Shown: positions 28,136 to 36,436, numbered from the stretch's first letter. The stretch is DNA of 44,072 bases from a virus (IMGVR_UViG_3300033407_000039:1-44072), one strand, 5' to 3'. Numbers and translations are program-made. The notes: a model not told the origin generated them from the letters alone.

Positions 28136-29581
28136 TCAGTACCCGGCATACGCATCAGCCGGTCGGTAGCCCCGTGACTGGTGCAGAGGATTGTTGCTGG
28201 TTGGCAACCATTCCTGCGGATCATACCCTTTATTGTAGTACAGGCATAGATACTGTAGGGCGTCGTGCGGGTGTGACCATATGCAGTTCTTGAACGGTTT
28301 GTCCGCAACGTCACCCCCCTTCCCCGCGGCAAACATGTAACCAAACAGAAACCCCTCGATCAACACTTTGCATGAGGGGTCTATCTGGATCATCGCTTCA
28401 CCGTGGGGGAACATCGCCAGCAGTGACTCCACGGCGTTGATGCGCACGAGGGGGTCGTTGGTGCTAGCCTTCTTGGCGATGAATCCGTACTCCTTGAGCA
28501 CCTTGAACGAAGTCCGCTCGTCAGTTTCCGCACGGGTATTGGACGGATCCCCGATAATGACGACGGGGTTACTGGGAAAATAGGAACGCAGGAACGGGCG
28601 CAGCCGCTTGATGATGAACTGCTCGGTACCGTTGGTTGACCCCTTGGGAGTCACCACCTCACGCAGGATATTGAGTCGGGCTCGGTGCGGGTCAGGTTGA
28701 GCAATAATAGCTGCCGGGGTTAATCCAAAGTCTTGGCCAATCAAAATAGGCTGCTGTGCATCTATGGGAATAGGCTCTTTGGCAACATGCAACGCCCGTT
28801 GAAAGCTGTTCAGGTAAACCGGTTGCCCCTTGCGGTTGCGACCATACTCACCCTTGATAAACACCCGAATGTAGTCGGAAGTCGCTCCCTTGGCCAAGTC
28901 CTGGTAGTAGGTCGGCTTCAGGTTCTGGACGTTCTCCGCTTCCGGGCGGATGGTAAAATCATCGTTGACCGGGCAAGGTTGGATGAATACATCCGCGTCC
29001 AGTACAGAGTCTGGGTTGCCTTCTTCTTGGGGCAACTTCTCGAACACCTTGTACCAGTCCGACCCCTCCGCCGGCGGGTTGGTTTCACCGAACACCCCGT
29101 ACCAATACTCCATGCTGGGCTCAGGGAAGCGCCCACAACGACCCTTGATGTCAGATACCATGCTCACAGGAAGATCACGACACTCTGCAATCCAGGCCCC
29201 AGTCAGCTCCAGCGAAAGCACCCGGGCCACGTCCACTTCCGATTCCAGTGGTCGAAACATGATCTCCGCCTGGACATCGTTAAACTCCAGCCAGTAGGTA
29301 CTGTCATTGGACCGCCAGCGGCCGAACTTACCGTCTGGGAACCATTGCAACCACGACTTGAGTACGGTGTCCTTGAGCTGGGGCATGGTGAGGCGGGTAA
29401 TGAGCCACCGACTTTTGCGAATACCGTCTGCGCCAGGCGGCGTCTGGATAGCCCTGCGCACCAGTTCAAAAATCATGCCAGTAGTCTTAGAACTGCCAAC
29501 CGGACCCATGACGAAGCGCAACTGCGCGTTGCTGCGCATGAACTTCTTGAGGGTCGGTGCTGGGGTGTAGGAAATGTCCAT
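28136..29581 (-). CDS. terL: Terminase large subunit
   Basis: Walker A-like GPVGSSKT, Walker B-like LELTGAWIAE, coupling motif ETNPP, nuclease motif IGQDFGLTPA and C-terminal SHPHDALQY. The start overlaps the upstream stop (TGATG). Confidence 0.95.
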   Translation of the reverse strand: MDISYTPAPTLKKFMRSNAQLRFVMGPVGSSKTTGMIFELVRRAIQTPPGADGIRKSRWLITRLTMPQLKDTVLKSWLQWFPDGKFGRWRSNDSTYWLEFNDVQAEIMFRPLESEVDVARVLSLELTGAWIAECRDLPVSMVSDIKGRCGRFPEPSMEYWYGVFGETNPPAEGSDWYKVFEKLPQEEGNPDSVLDADVFIQPCPVNDDFTIRPEAENVQNLKPTYYQDLAKGATSDYIRVFIKGEYGRNRKGQPVYLNSFQRALHVAKEPIPIDAQQPILIGQDFGLTPAAIIAQPDPHRARLNILREVVTPKGSTNGTEQFIIKRLRPFLRSYFPSNPVVIIGDPSNTRAETDERTSFKVLKEYGFIAKKASTNDPLVRINAVESLLAMFPHGEAMIQIDPSCKVLIEGFLFGYMFAAGKGGDVADKPFKNCIWSHPHDALQYLCLYYNKGYDPQEWLPTSNNPLHQSRGYRPADAYAGY

Positions 29582-29940
29582 CAGCACTCGTCTATGACTT
29601 CGATCGGGAAGTTGTGGGTTACTACCAACCCCTCCAGATTATCCGCATCATAGACGGTGACCCACATCTCCTGTTCACCGAGGGGGATTGTCGGGATGAG
29701 GCCAGGCTGGACGAGAATAACCCACACATCCTCGCCGTCTATCTCCTGCTGCTCCCAGCTGACGAGAGAGGGGTCGTCGTCACTGCTCGCATCGATACCC
29801 CCGATACACACGTCAACCTGCGTGACCCCGGACAGGTCCATCCGGGCGCCGGTCAGGGTGTTGGTCAGGGGTATCAGCGTGATGACATTACTGGCACCAA
29901 CGAACACCCACTCCCGCGTGGCGACTTCGCAGAAGGCCAT
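29581..29940 (-). CDS. Small acidic beta protein, putative fibre anchor/adaptor
   Basis: 119 aa; the G..MDLSGVT motif is reminiscent of BppU-like N-terminal domains; last gene of the inserted block. Confidence 0.45.
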   Translation of the reverse strand: MAFCEVATREWVFVGASNVITLIPLTNTLTGARMDLSGVTQVDVCIGGIDASSDDDPSLVSWEQQEIDGEDVWVILVQPGLIPTIPLGEQEMWVTVYDADNLEGLVVTHNFPIEVIDEC

Positions 29941-29945
29941 GGTGC

Positions 29946-30353
29946 TTACGCATTGCCTTCAGTGAGCGTGCCCGAATCAATACGGATAGGCCCACCTGTT
30001 ACGATCGTCACCGTGTTCATAATCAGATCAGCACCAGAGGTGCCCACGTCCAGGTCACACACAAACGCATCGTCGCTGTCGGTGATCCGCGCCCAGGCCG
30101 CCGTGCCATCCGCGTCTGCGGATGAGTCCTCAGTAAATGCGTTGAAGGTCAGCACACCACCTGAAGCATCGGGGGCGCTGGTTGCGCTGCAGGTGACGGT
30201 GCCCAACAGCGTAGCACCACCAATAGCCGCGCCGGTTGCCGGACGGGTGCCCGTGTAGATGAGCACCTTGCCTCCCGCGGCACCCGCGTCGATCGCGTCG
30301 CGAATCACATTGAGCCGCGCGTTGCGGATGGTTTCGTTCAGTCCAAGAGCCAT
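29946..30353 (-). CDS. Small virion/fibre subunit, paralog of 14525..14968
   Basis: 135 aa, strong GAGG RBS; aligns by eye over its full length with the 147-aa tail-region protein. Confidence 0.7.
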   Translation of the reverse strand: MALGLNETIRNARLNVIRDAIDAGAAGGKVLIYTGTRPATGAAIGGATLLGTVTCSATSAPDASGGVLTFNAFTEDSSADADGTAAWARITDSDDAFVCDLDVGTSGADLIMNTVTIVTGGPIRIDSGTLTEGNA

Positions 30354-30368
30354 AGTACACCTCGTTGA

Positions 30369-32768
30369 TTAGCCGCGGAACACGGTGACACCGTTGCGTC
30401 GGGGCACCAGTTGCACACCGGGACGGTCACTGATGGAAATATACCCCGTTCTGGAAGTAATGGAAATAGCCCCGGGGAATGGGGCGAACCCTATACTCGG
30501 CTGCTTGTCCGAGAGCAGCAGGGTAGCCCCGTCCAACACCGCCGCCAGGTCACCTCGCACCCCATGAGTTGACTGTATGTCAGGAGTGACCCCCTCAAGG
30601 GTGGTATCCAGGACGCCGGTGGGAGCCGTAATGTGTGTGCCGGCGAACGCCGCCAGGGCACCGTCGAGCGACGCCTGCAGATCACCCGTGACCCCATAGA
30701 TGCCTTGCAGGGAGACCCCGACATCTTCCAGAGTCACCGAGAAGTCGCCTACCGGTGGTTGGGAAGTCTCCCCAACGAACGCCGCGGTGGCCCCTTCGAG
30801 AGTGGTAGCGAGGTCACCAGCGGCTGGAGCGATGTGGGTACCGGCGAAGGACGCTGTAACACCGGTGAGAGTCGCAGCAAGGTCACCCTCAGTGACGCCT
30901 ACCGTTGACCCTTCCAGTGCTGCAGTTACGCCAGCGAACGTGGCAGAGAAGTCGCCCGTGACGCCGTGAGAAGCGGTGATTACTGCGGTGACGCCGGCGA
31001 GGGTGGTGGCGATATCGCCCTCAACATCTGTTCCGAAGTTACCTGCGAAGGACGCTGTGGCGTCATCGAGCGTAGTAGCAAGGTCACCTACAGCACCGTG
31101 AACGCCCGCAAACGACGCAGTAGCACCAGTGAGGGTCGTAGCGAGGTCGCCCTCTACATCAGCACCGAACGAGCCCACAAGAGCCGCGGCCACATCGTCA
31201 AGCGTTACCCCCAGATCCCCCGCTACACCGTAGTCCCCGCTCAACGCGAACGTCGCTCCATCGAGCGTGGTAGCAATGTCCCCGGCTACCCCCAGGCTGC
31301 CTGTGAGCGCTGCTGTGGTATCGTCGAGGGTAGTGGTCAGGTTACCTGCGACGCCGTGGGTTGAGGTCAGGGCTGCAGTGGCACCGGTGAGGGTGGTGGC
31401 CATGTCTCCTACAACGCCGTGGGAGGCAGAGAGTGCCGCAGTTATGCCGGTGAGGGTAGTGGCGATGTCACCATTCACAGCGGTAAACAGCCCAGCAGCG
31501 TCAGCGGCCTGTAGTGTCTTGGCCCAGTTTTCGCCGATAGCGTGGTAGTGACTTGGCAACGTCGTGCTGCGCTGCGGGACTTCGCAGGCGAACGCGACCT
31601 TGCAGCCCAGCGCGTTGTAGCCCCACGAGAAGTCAGCGCTGGCGATATCCTGAAAATAATCAACCGCAGGCTCGCCAAACACCGTCTCACCGATGCTGAT
31701 AAACGCTGCTGTTTCGGTGTTCGGGCTGGACGGGGTGCCGGGAATAAACGCGTTGGTCTGCGTTGCGTGGCCGTGCCACGAAAACAACGCATGAGCGCTA
31801 CCGCTCGTGTCCGCCAGGCCAGCCGTTGTAACCGCAGATATTTCGGCCAAGCTCTTGTTGATAAAGTCTCGGTTAGGGTCCGTGCTGACCCGGAAGTTGT
31901 GCCGGCGATGCCCGCCCATCAACCCGTTCGGGGTCAGGTTAAAATACAGGTACACATCCCAGTTGGATCGGAAATCATCCGCCGCACCGGACACGTCGTC
32001 CAGCATCCACCGCACCGACGCGACGAACGCCAACCAACTGGTATGCTCACCCGCAGAGTGGACCCCGGCGAAACAGACCAGTTTGCGCTTGGGGTTCCCG
32101 TCTGTTGTTGATCCGCCCCAGTCCAGCTTGATGCCATGGATTTTGTGCTCGCCAATGGGCCTGTCGTTTTCATCGACCTCCACTGGGGTGACGGAAATAA
32201 CGCCGAACTCATCTGCACTACCCGTTGGCGCAGCGACAGAGCTGTAATCTGTCAGTAGCTCAGTGGCAAATTCCTCTGCGTGCGACTGCTGCCCCAGCGG
32301 TTGTGTTGCAATATACACTCTGCCTGCCGGCAGCGGATCGGAGAACTGGAACTCGATGTAACCAGACGATCCACCCACCAACGTCCGAGACGGCGCTTGT
32401 GTCCACGTCACGAAATCCTGCGTCAGCAACGGCAGCCAGTTTGTCGGGATACTAGACCCACGGTCCATCGTGTCGCGGTTGATGCGAAATACCGGCGTCT
32501 TCCCCTCTGCCTGTTCCACTGCAAAGAACATGTGACGCCAACCGCTGCCGTTCGTGCCGGTGATTGCCGCAGGCCGGGCGTCAATCCAAACAGTTGGCGA
32601 TTCGGATGCCGCGTCTGTGATCTCGGACAGTGTTGCGCTCGCGTTGCCACCGTCAATCTCCACCACCAGCTGGAGGCCAACCGCGTTCTCCAGATACTGA
32701 CCAATAAACTGGGCTCTGCCTGAGCCGTCATACTGGTGGCGGAACTGGGCGAAATTACTCATTGGCAA
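30369..32768 (-). CDS. M14-family zinc carboxypeptidase domain fused to 15 tandem 21-23-aa repeats
   Basis: GVHSAGE, NLTPNG, R.N....DPNRDF, SWHGH and a downstream CE match the M14 active-site order. C-terminal repeats have the consensus GDLATTLxGATAxxxG. Confidence 0.75.
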   Translation of the reverse strand: MPMSNFAQFRHQYDGSGRAQFIGQYLENAVGLQLVVEIDGGNASATLSEITDAASESPTVWIDARPAAITGTNGSGWRHMFFAVEQAEGKTPVFRINRDTMDRGSSIPTNWLPLLTQDFVTWTQAPSRTLVGGSSGYIEFQFSDPLPAGRVYIATQPLGQQSHAEEFATELLTDYSSVAAPTGSADEFGVISVTPVEVDENDRPIGEHKIHGIKLDWGGSTTDGNPKRKLVCFAGVHSAGEHTSWLAFVASVRWMLDDVSGAADDFRSNWDVYLYFNLTPNGLMGGHRRHNFRVSTDPNRDFINKSLAEISAVTTAGLADTSGSAHALFSWHGHATQTNAFIPGTPSSPNTETAAFISIGETVFGEPAVDYFQDIASADFSWGYNALGCKVAFACEVPQRSTTLPSHYHAIGENWAKTLQAADAAGLFTAVNGDIATTLTGITAALSASHGVVGDMATTLTGATAALTSTHGVAGNLTTTLDDTTAALTGSLGVAGDIATTLDGATFALSGDYGVAGDLGVTLDDVAAALVGSFGADVEGDLATTLTGATASFAGVHGAVGDLATTLDDATASFAGNFGTDVEGDIATTLAGVTAVITASHGVTGDFSATFAGVTAALEGSTVGVTEGDLAATLTGVTASFAGTHIAPAAGDLATTLEGATAAFVGETSQPPVGDFSVTLEDVGVSLQGIYGVTGDLQASLDGALAAFAGTHITAPTGVLDTTLEGVTPDIQSTHGVRGDLAAVLDGATLLLSDKQPSIGFAPFPGAISITSRTGYISISDRPGVQLVPRRNGVTVFRG
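30510..31478 (-). repeat. 15 tandem 21-23-aa repeats (GD[LI]ATTLxG[AV]TA...)
   Basis: Counted directly in the translation, from NGDIATTL to RGDLAAVL. Confidence 0.92.
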
Positions 32769-33999
32769 TATCGATCACAGTTAAAATGCCCTGCCAGCCA
32801 AGCGAGTCGAGAACATCCGTGCCGTCCTCTTTCCAAACCAGCAAATATCCGGGGTCAGTCAAATCAAGCGCAGTCGCTGCATCAAGATCGAGTTCCAACC
32901 ACCCGTCGGAGTCGGTAGCTGCTGTGGTGGTGTAAAAATCGGGGGTGGTATTTGCTGGCGCTGCGGCGTCCCACCAAGCAGCGGTAACGCCAGTGACAGT
33001 CGCCTGAGGTGTTGCGCCATCGTACAGGCGAATGCGCACGCCCTTTACCGTCGTGGTGGCGGCCCCGGTAGTAAAATCCACCGCCGTAGACCACGCGCTT
33101 TCACCGCCCGCGTTAACCGCTCTGACTTGTACGCCGGGGGAGTTGTACGTCGTTTCCGCCGTGAGTCCGGTAATCGTTGCTGGGCTTGCGCCGATGGCCG
33201 CAGGCGTGCCCTCATCAATCCGGTACTCGAACGAATCCTCGTCGGTGTCATCGTAGCTGTAGGTGACCTGCGCCGTAGTTACACCGGGCGTGACATCACT
33301 GATCGTTACCGTCCCTGCAGGAGGGTCCACCGCCGCAGGGTCTTCGTAAAACGCGTCGTCGTCGCCAGTTGCAATGGCCACGGCAGCAATGTCAAAAGGC
33401 TGCCCTGCGTTGGCAAAAGTGAAAACACCCAACCAGCCTGCTGCGGTAATATCCGTAGTGTCCGTGGTCTCAGCAGTGATCGTACCCATATCAGCAGGCA
33501 GGCGAGCTTCAACGTTGGTGGCCGTGCCGTCACAATCCAATCCCACCCACACCCACTGGCCACCAGCAGTTACACCGGCAGGACCATCGGTCACGATAGT
33601 AGACGCCGTGCCCGCGCTGTAACGGAATGTCCTGACCTCAGTGGTAGTTGATGAGCCAGACGGCGTGCCGAGCGCACCCACCACCATCGTCTCACTACCG
33701 GCCGAACCAGACCCCCGTGCACCTGCGGCACCGAACGTGTTAGATGCGGTGGGTATACTGTCCACACGCATCAGTACGCGGATTTTGCATTTCGCCCGCT
33801 CTGAATCGGAGTCAACGTCATCTCTAGAAAGCAAAGATCGCTGGTTCGCGGCTTTGCCGACTCTTAAAATGCGCCCCGTCGGGCTGGACCCGTCAGCCAA
33901 CACGGTAAACGTGGTGTTGCTGGTTCCGAAGCGCTTTGTCCAGCCCGTAGGCTCGGCATCAATCGTTGAGCCCGACCAGTCTTCCCAGTATTTCGCCAC
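32755..33999 (-). CDS. Fibronectin type III domain protein with a beta-rich (lectin-like) N-terminal domain
   Basis: ATITGLTAETTY...VQVRAVNAGGESAWS is a clear FN3 signature. GTG start; the protein is Thr/Ala/Asp-rich. Confidence 0.75.
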   Translation of the reverse strand: MAKYWEDWSGSTIDAEPTGWTKRFGTSNTTFTVLADGSSPTGRILRVGKAANQRSLLSRDDVDSDSERAKCKIRVLMRVDSIPTASNTFGAAGARGSGSAGSETMVVGALGTPSGSSTTTEVRTFRYSAGTASTIVTDGPAGVTAGGQWVWVGLDCDGTATNVEARLPADMGTITAETTDTTDITAAGWLGVFTFANAGQPFDIAAVAIATGDDDAFYEDPAAVDPPAGTVTISDVTPGVTTAQVTYSYDDTDEDSFEYRIDEGTPAAIGASPATITGLTAETTYNSPGVQVRAVNAGGESAWSTAVDFTTGAATTTVKGVRIRLYDGATPQATVTGVTAAWWDAAAPANTTPDFYTTTAATDSDGWLELDLDAATALDLTDPGYLLVWKEDGTDVLDSLGWQGILTVIDIANE

Positions 34000-34000
34000 G

Positions 34001-34342
34001 CTACGTCCTCGCTGCCGGGTGGCTCAACAGATCTGCCTCGTAGTAATCAAACCCATCGGCGGTACGAATCATCCGCGCATGTCGCGACACTCGCGCACCC
34101 TCGGTAACCGAGAACTCGAGGAACCGGTATCCCAACTCCATGGCCTTCAGGCCCAGCATGATGTTTGCGCAATCGCACAAGTCGCCCTTGGCCAGGGTAA
34201 CCAAGCAACGCTGATCGTTGATGTGCCACAGGTTGCACACGGCATCGATGTCAGCCCCACTGTCGCCCTCGCCCTGGGGCTCATCGCGCCAGATGCGGAT
34301 CTCGTGCGATCCATCAGGGATGGGGGTGGCAGTCAGTTTCAT
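34001..34342 (-). CDS. Hypothetical protein
   Basis: 113 aa, ATGA-coupled to the upstream ORF; no recognised motif. Confidence 0.6.
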   Translation of the reverse strand: MKLTATPIPDGSHEIRIWRDEPQGEGDSGADIDAVCNLWHINDQRCLVTLAKGDLCDCANIMLGLKAMELGYRFLEFSVTEGARVSRHARMIRTADGFDYYEADLLSHPAART

Positions 34343-34713
34343 TGCAGACAGATCTCGCGCTCAGCTTCGCGCCGGCGCACCAGCCCCGGCAGTTCGACTT
34401 TCACGCCGGCTTTCGTGGCGTAGCGCCAGCGCAGCTTTAAATGATGGGACCACATGTGCTGAGTGGGGCCGCTGCCGCCGTCAAACAGCAGGAACTGGCC
34501 TTCTGCGGGCGGTTCGGGTTCGGGCTGAGGTTCTGGTTGTGGCTCCGGGGCAGGTTCTGGCTCTGGCTCTGGCTCTGGCTCCGGGTTCGGTTCAGGCTCT
34601 GGCTCCGGCTCATGAGCAGGCTCACCCGCAACAGAAAACGCCAGGCTGTACTCGCCGGGAGCAAGATCAACCGGCTGGCCGTCTTTGTACAACTTCACCA
34701 GGCCCGCCTCCAT
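34339..34713 (-). CDS. Chimeric ORF: Pro-Glu linker protein N-terminus fused to a GH24 lysozyme C-terminal fragment
   Basis: GGAGG RBS and an (EP)n tract; the ORF ends [30 protein letters not shown]. Confidence 0.65.
   Translation of the reverse strand: MEAGLVKLYKDGQPVDLAPGEYSLAFSVAGEPAHEPEPEPEPNPEPEPEPEPEPAPEPQPEPQPEPEPPAEGQFLLFDGGSGPTQHMWSHHLKLRWRYATKAGVKVELPGLVRRREAEREICLQ
34505..34615 (-). repeat. Degenerate hexamer tandem repeat encoding (Glu-Pro)n
   Basis: tggctc/ggttcg units on the plus strand. Confidence 0.85.
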
Positions 34714-34778
34714 AACTGCCTCCAGAGCCCGTACAGCGCGTAGTGCGTGAGAATGATTAGACCCGTGATAATTCTCAT
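34695..34778 (-). CDS. 27-aa hydrophobic/basic peptide
   Basis: Not in the ORF track. [27 protein letters not shown]; ATGA overlap with the upstream small ORF. Confidence 0.4.
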   Translation of the reverse strand: MRIITGLIILTHYALYGLWRQLWRRAW

Positions 34779-34897
34779 ACTAGCCACCAGATAAGGAACG
34801 CACCCAGCAACATTAGGTACGTCGTCCAAAACACTGTTGCAGGGCGGTCGCCCGCCATGAAGTGGTAGCGGTATCTGTCAGCAGCACGTCGCAGCAT
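34775..34897 (-). CDS. 40-aa single-pass membrane protein
   Basis: Not in the ORF track. GGAGG RBS; [40 protein letters not shown]. Confidence 0.55.
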   Translation of the reverse strand: MLRRAADRYRYHFMAGDRPATVFWTTYLMLLGAFLIWWLV

Positions 34898-34968
34898 AGC
34901 ATCCTCCCGAGACCTTCAAGAAGATACTAACGTGCTTTCAGAGGGATGGGAAGGGGGTGTTGCGCAAC

Positions 34969-35496
34969 TCACATATTGATCTGGATATTGACCTGCGGCA
35001 CGTTGCTGCCTTCTTCCTTATTGGGCGTAGGCTCCAGGCCGGCCCACTTGACCATCGAGCGGATGGCCTCCAGTCGCACCTTCTGGTCGGTGGACTGGCT
35101 GGCGATCATCTGGTCAATGTCTTTTAGGTACATCTCCGCCTGGATCTTGGCCTTGGCCCGGAAGGATATACCGTTCTCACCAATCTCACGGGCCTGCTCG
35201 GCCACCTGGCGCAGGAACAGGGGGTGGGTGTTGATGTGGCGCCACTCGGCGAGGGTGATGCCGTGGCGCGCCAACAGGGTCTCGTCCGACTCCAACCCGA
35301 GGGCCACGTCGAACACCAGCGCTGTGGTCCAGGGGGAGACCATCTGGGGGTGGTAGTCGTCGGGGTGGTAGTCGTCTTCCTCATACTCGACGAGATGGGT
35401 AGGGGCCACGTCGGCCGGCGGGATATCCAACGCTTCCGCGAGGGCGGTGTCACCGTCCACGTAGTCGTCCATCCCTTCGAGCCACTCATCGTTCAT
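34969..35496 (-). CDS. Putative terminase small subunit
   Basis: 175 aa from the ATG at 35496 (ATGA overlap with the RHH gene). It has an HTH-like segment, a helical core and a C-terminal VNIQINM strand, and sits at the front of the packaging operon. Confidence 0.6.
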   Translation of the reverse strand: MNDEWLEGMDDYVDGDTALAEALDIPPADVAPTHLVEYEEDDYHPDDYHPQMVSPWTTALVFDVALGLESDETLLARHGITLAEWRHINTHPLFLRQVAEQAREIGENGISFRAKAKIQAEMYLKDIDQMIASQSTDQKVRLEAIRSMVKWAGLEPTPNKEEGSNVPQVNIQINM

Positions 35497-35648
35497 TTGG
35501 CCGCCTTCGCCCGCCTGTTGATTACCCACTGCCGCAGTATATAGTCTATCAGGTTCGACCGGCTACGCCCGGTTTTCTGGGCCTCGTGGTCGATCGCTGC
35601 GATCACTTCGTGGTGCAGGGTCAGGGATACCTTGTCTTTCTCAGCCAT
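35493..35648 (-). CDS. Ribbon-helix-helix (CopG/Arc-like) DNA-binding protein
   Basis: Not in the ORF track. MAEKDKVSLTLHHEVIAAIDHEAQKTGRSRSNLIDYILRQWV...: an alternating strand (VSLTL), helix, G.SRS turn and second helix. Confidence 0.8.
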   Translation of the reverse strand: MAEKDKVSLTLHHEVIAAIDHEAQKTGRSRSNLIDYILRQWVINRRAKAAK

Positions 35649-35692
35649 GGATGAGCCTCATGTAGGGCGCCCCATACCGGCGGCGCGGGGGA

Positions 35693-35953
35693 TCACTCCT
35701 GGGTGCTGGACCAGTTCTCATCGCGTGGACCCGCGGCCACCTCGTCAGTGATGACAGGGGCTTCGGGTTGGTCCTCTTCAACGGTCTCGGGCTCCACGGG
35801 GGCTGGGGCGGAGAGGTCTACGTCCTGCAGGATGTGCGCCACGGAAGCGATATTGAGGGCGGCTTGACTCAGTTCATAAGCCTCGTGTGGGTTACCGTTC
35901 TCGGAAGAACGCTTGACCAGGTTCTTGATTGCGTCGTTCAGGGTTTCTTTCAT
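35693..35953 (-). CDS. Hypothetical protein, first gene of the late arm
   Basis: Likely start MKETLNDAIK at 35953 behind AAGGA; acidic tail. Confidence 0.6.
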   Translation of the reverse strand: MKETLNDAIKNLVKRSSENGNPHEAYELSQAALNIASVAHILQDVDLSAPAPVEPETVEEDQPEAPVITDEVAAGPRDENWSSTQE

Positions 35954-36001
35954 GGTGGGGGGTCCTTGGTGGTTGGGGTAGGTTATCCTACTAAATATTT
36001 T

Positions 36002-36033
36002 GTCAGTAGTAGCACAGCCATTACTGACGTCAA
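36002..36033 (-). promoter_or_regulatory. Possible leftward promoter overlapped by an inverted repeat
   Basis: Minus strand TTGACG-16 nt-TACTAC (weak -10); GTCAGTA...TACTGAC arms at 36002-36008 and 36022-36028. Confidence 0.35.
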
Positions 36034-36407
36034 CACAAAACCAAGGCAAATCCACCATGCTATGAAGTTGGGCATTTCGGCGCTCCTGGTTAAGTTGGTG
36101 GGAGATTGTAGCATGTCGATCAGGGGGGTTCAACTTACAGATGAGGGTGTAAGAGAGGCCCCCCGCCCCCGCGCGTTAATCCCCCCAGGCCCCGATCCGA
36201 AATTTTCACATGACCCGGGGCCCCGTCGCCACCTGCTACATGACGCTAGACGCTACAGACCCAGGTCGCCGCCAGTCTAGCCGACGGCCCGCAGCTGCAG
36301 GGGGCGTCGCCGCCGGGCTGGGCTCGGTTGTATAGATGATGGCTCGATGGTGCGGATGGTAGGCGCGTTGATTGTTGGGCGGACGTAAACTATTTTGCTA
36401 CAAGGTA

Positions 36408-36436
36408 TTGACACTGCACTGACGCTGTACTAGTAT
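36408..36436 (+). promoter_or_regulatory. Sigma70-type early promoter
   Basis: TTGACA-17 nt-TAGTAT, upstream of the GGAG RBS and the ATG at 36470. Confidence 0.8.

Noticed and set aside
28123-28344. 73-aa minus-strand ORF between terL and portal
   Set aside because: It is an alternative frame lying almost entirely within the terL 3' end, with no supporting features.
11488-34000. Diversity-generating retroelement acting on the fibre genes
   Set aside because: No reverse transcriptase is in the window and no template/variable repeat pair differing at adenines was seen. The repeats present are protein-level tandem repeats.
35954-36133. N-terminal extension of the ORF listed as 35693..36133
   Set aside because: The extension runs through promoter-like intergenic sequence; the ATG at 35953 has an RBS and is the better start.
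76-36280. Many long plus-strand ORFs opposite the structural genes (e.g. 6349..7713, 20219..21514, 22058..23218)
   Set aside because: They are antisense shadows of high-GC coding sequence, with no RBS or motif support, and they fully overlap well-supported minus-strand genes.
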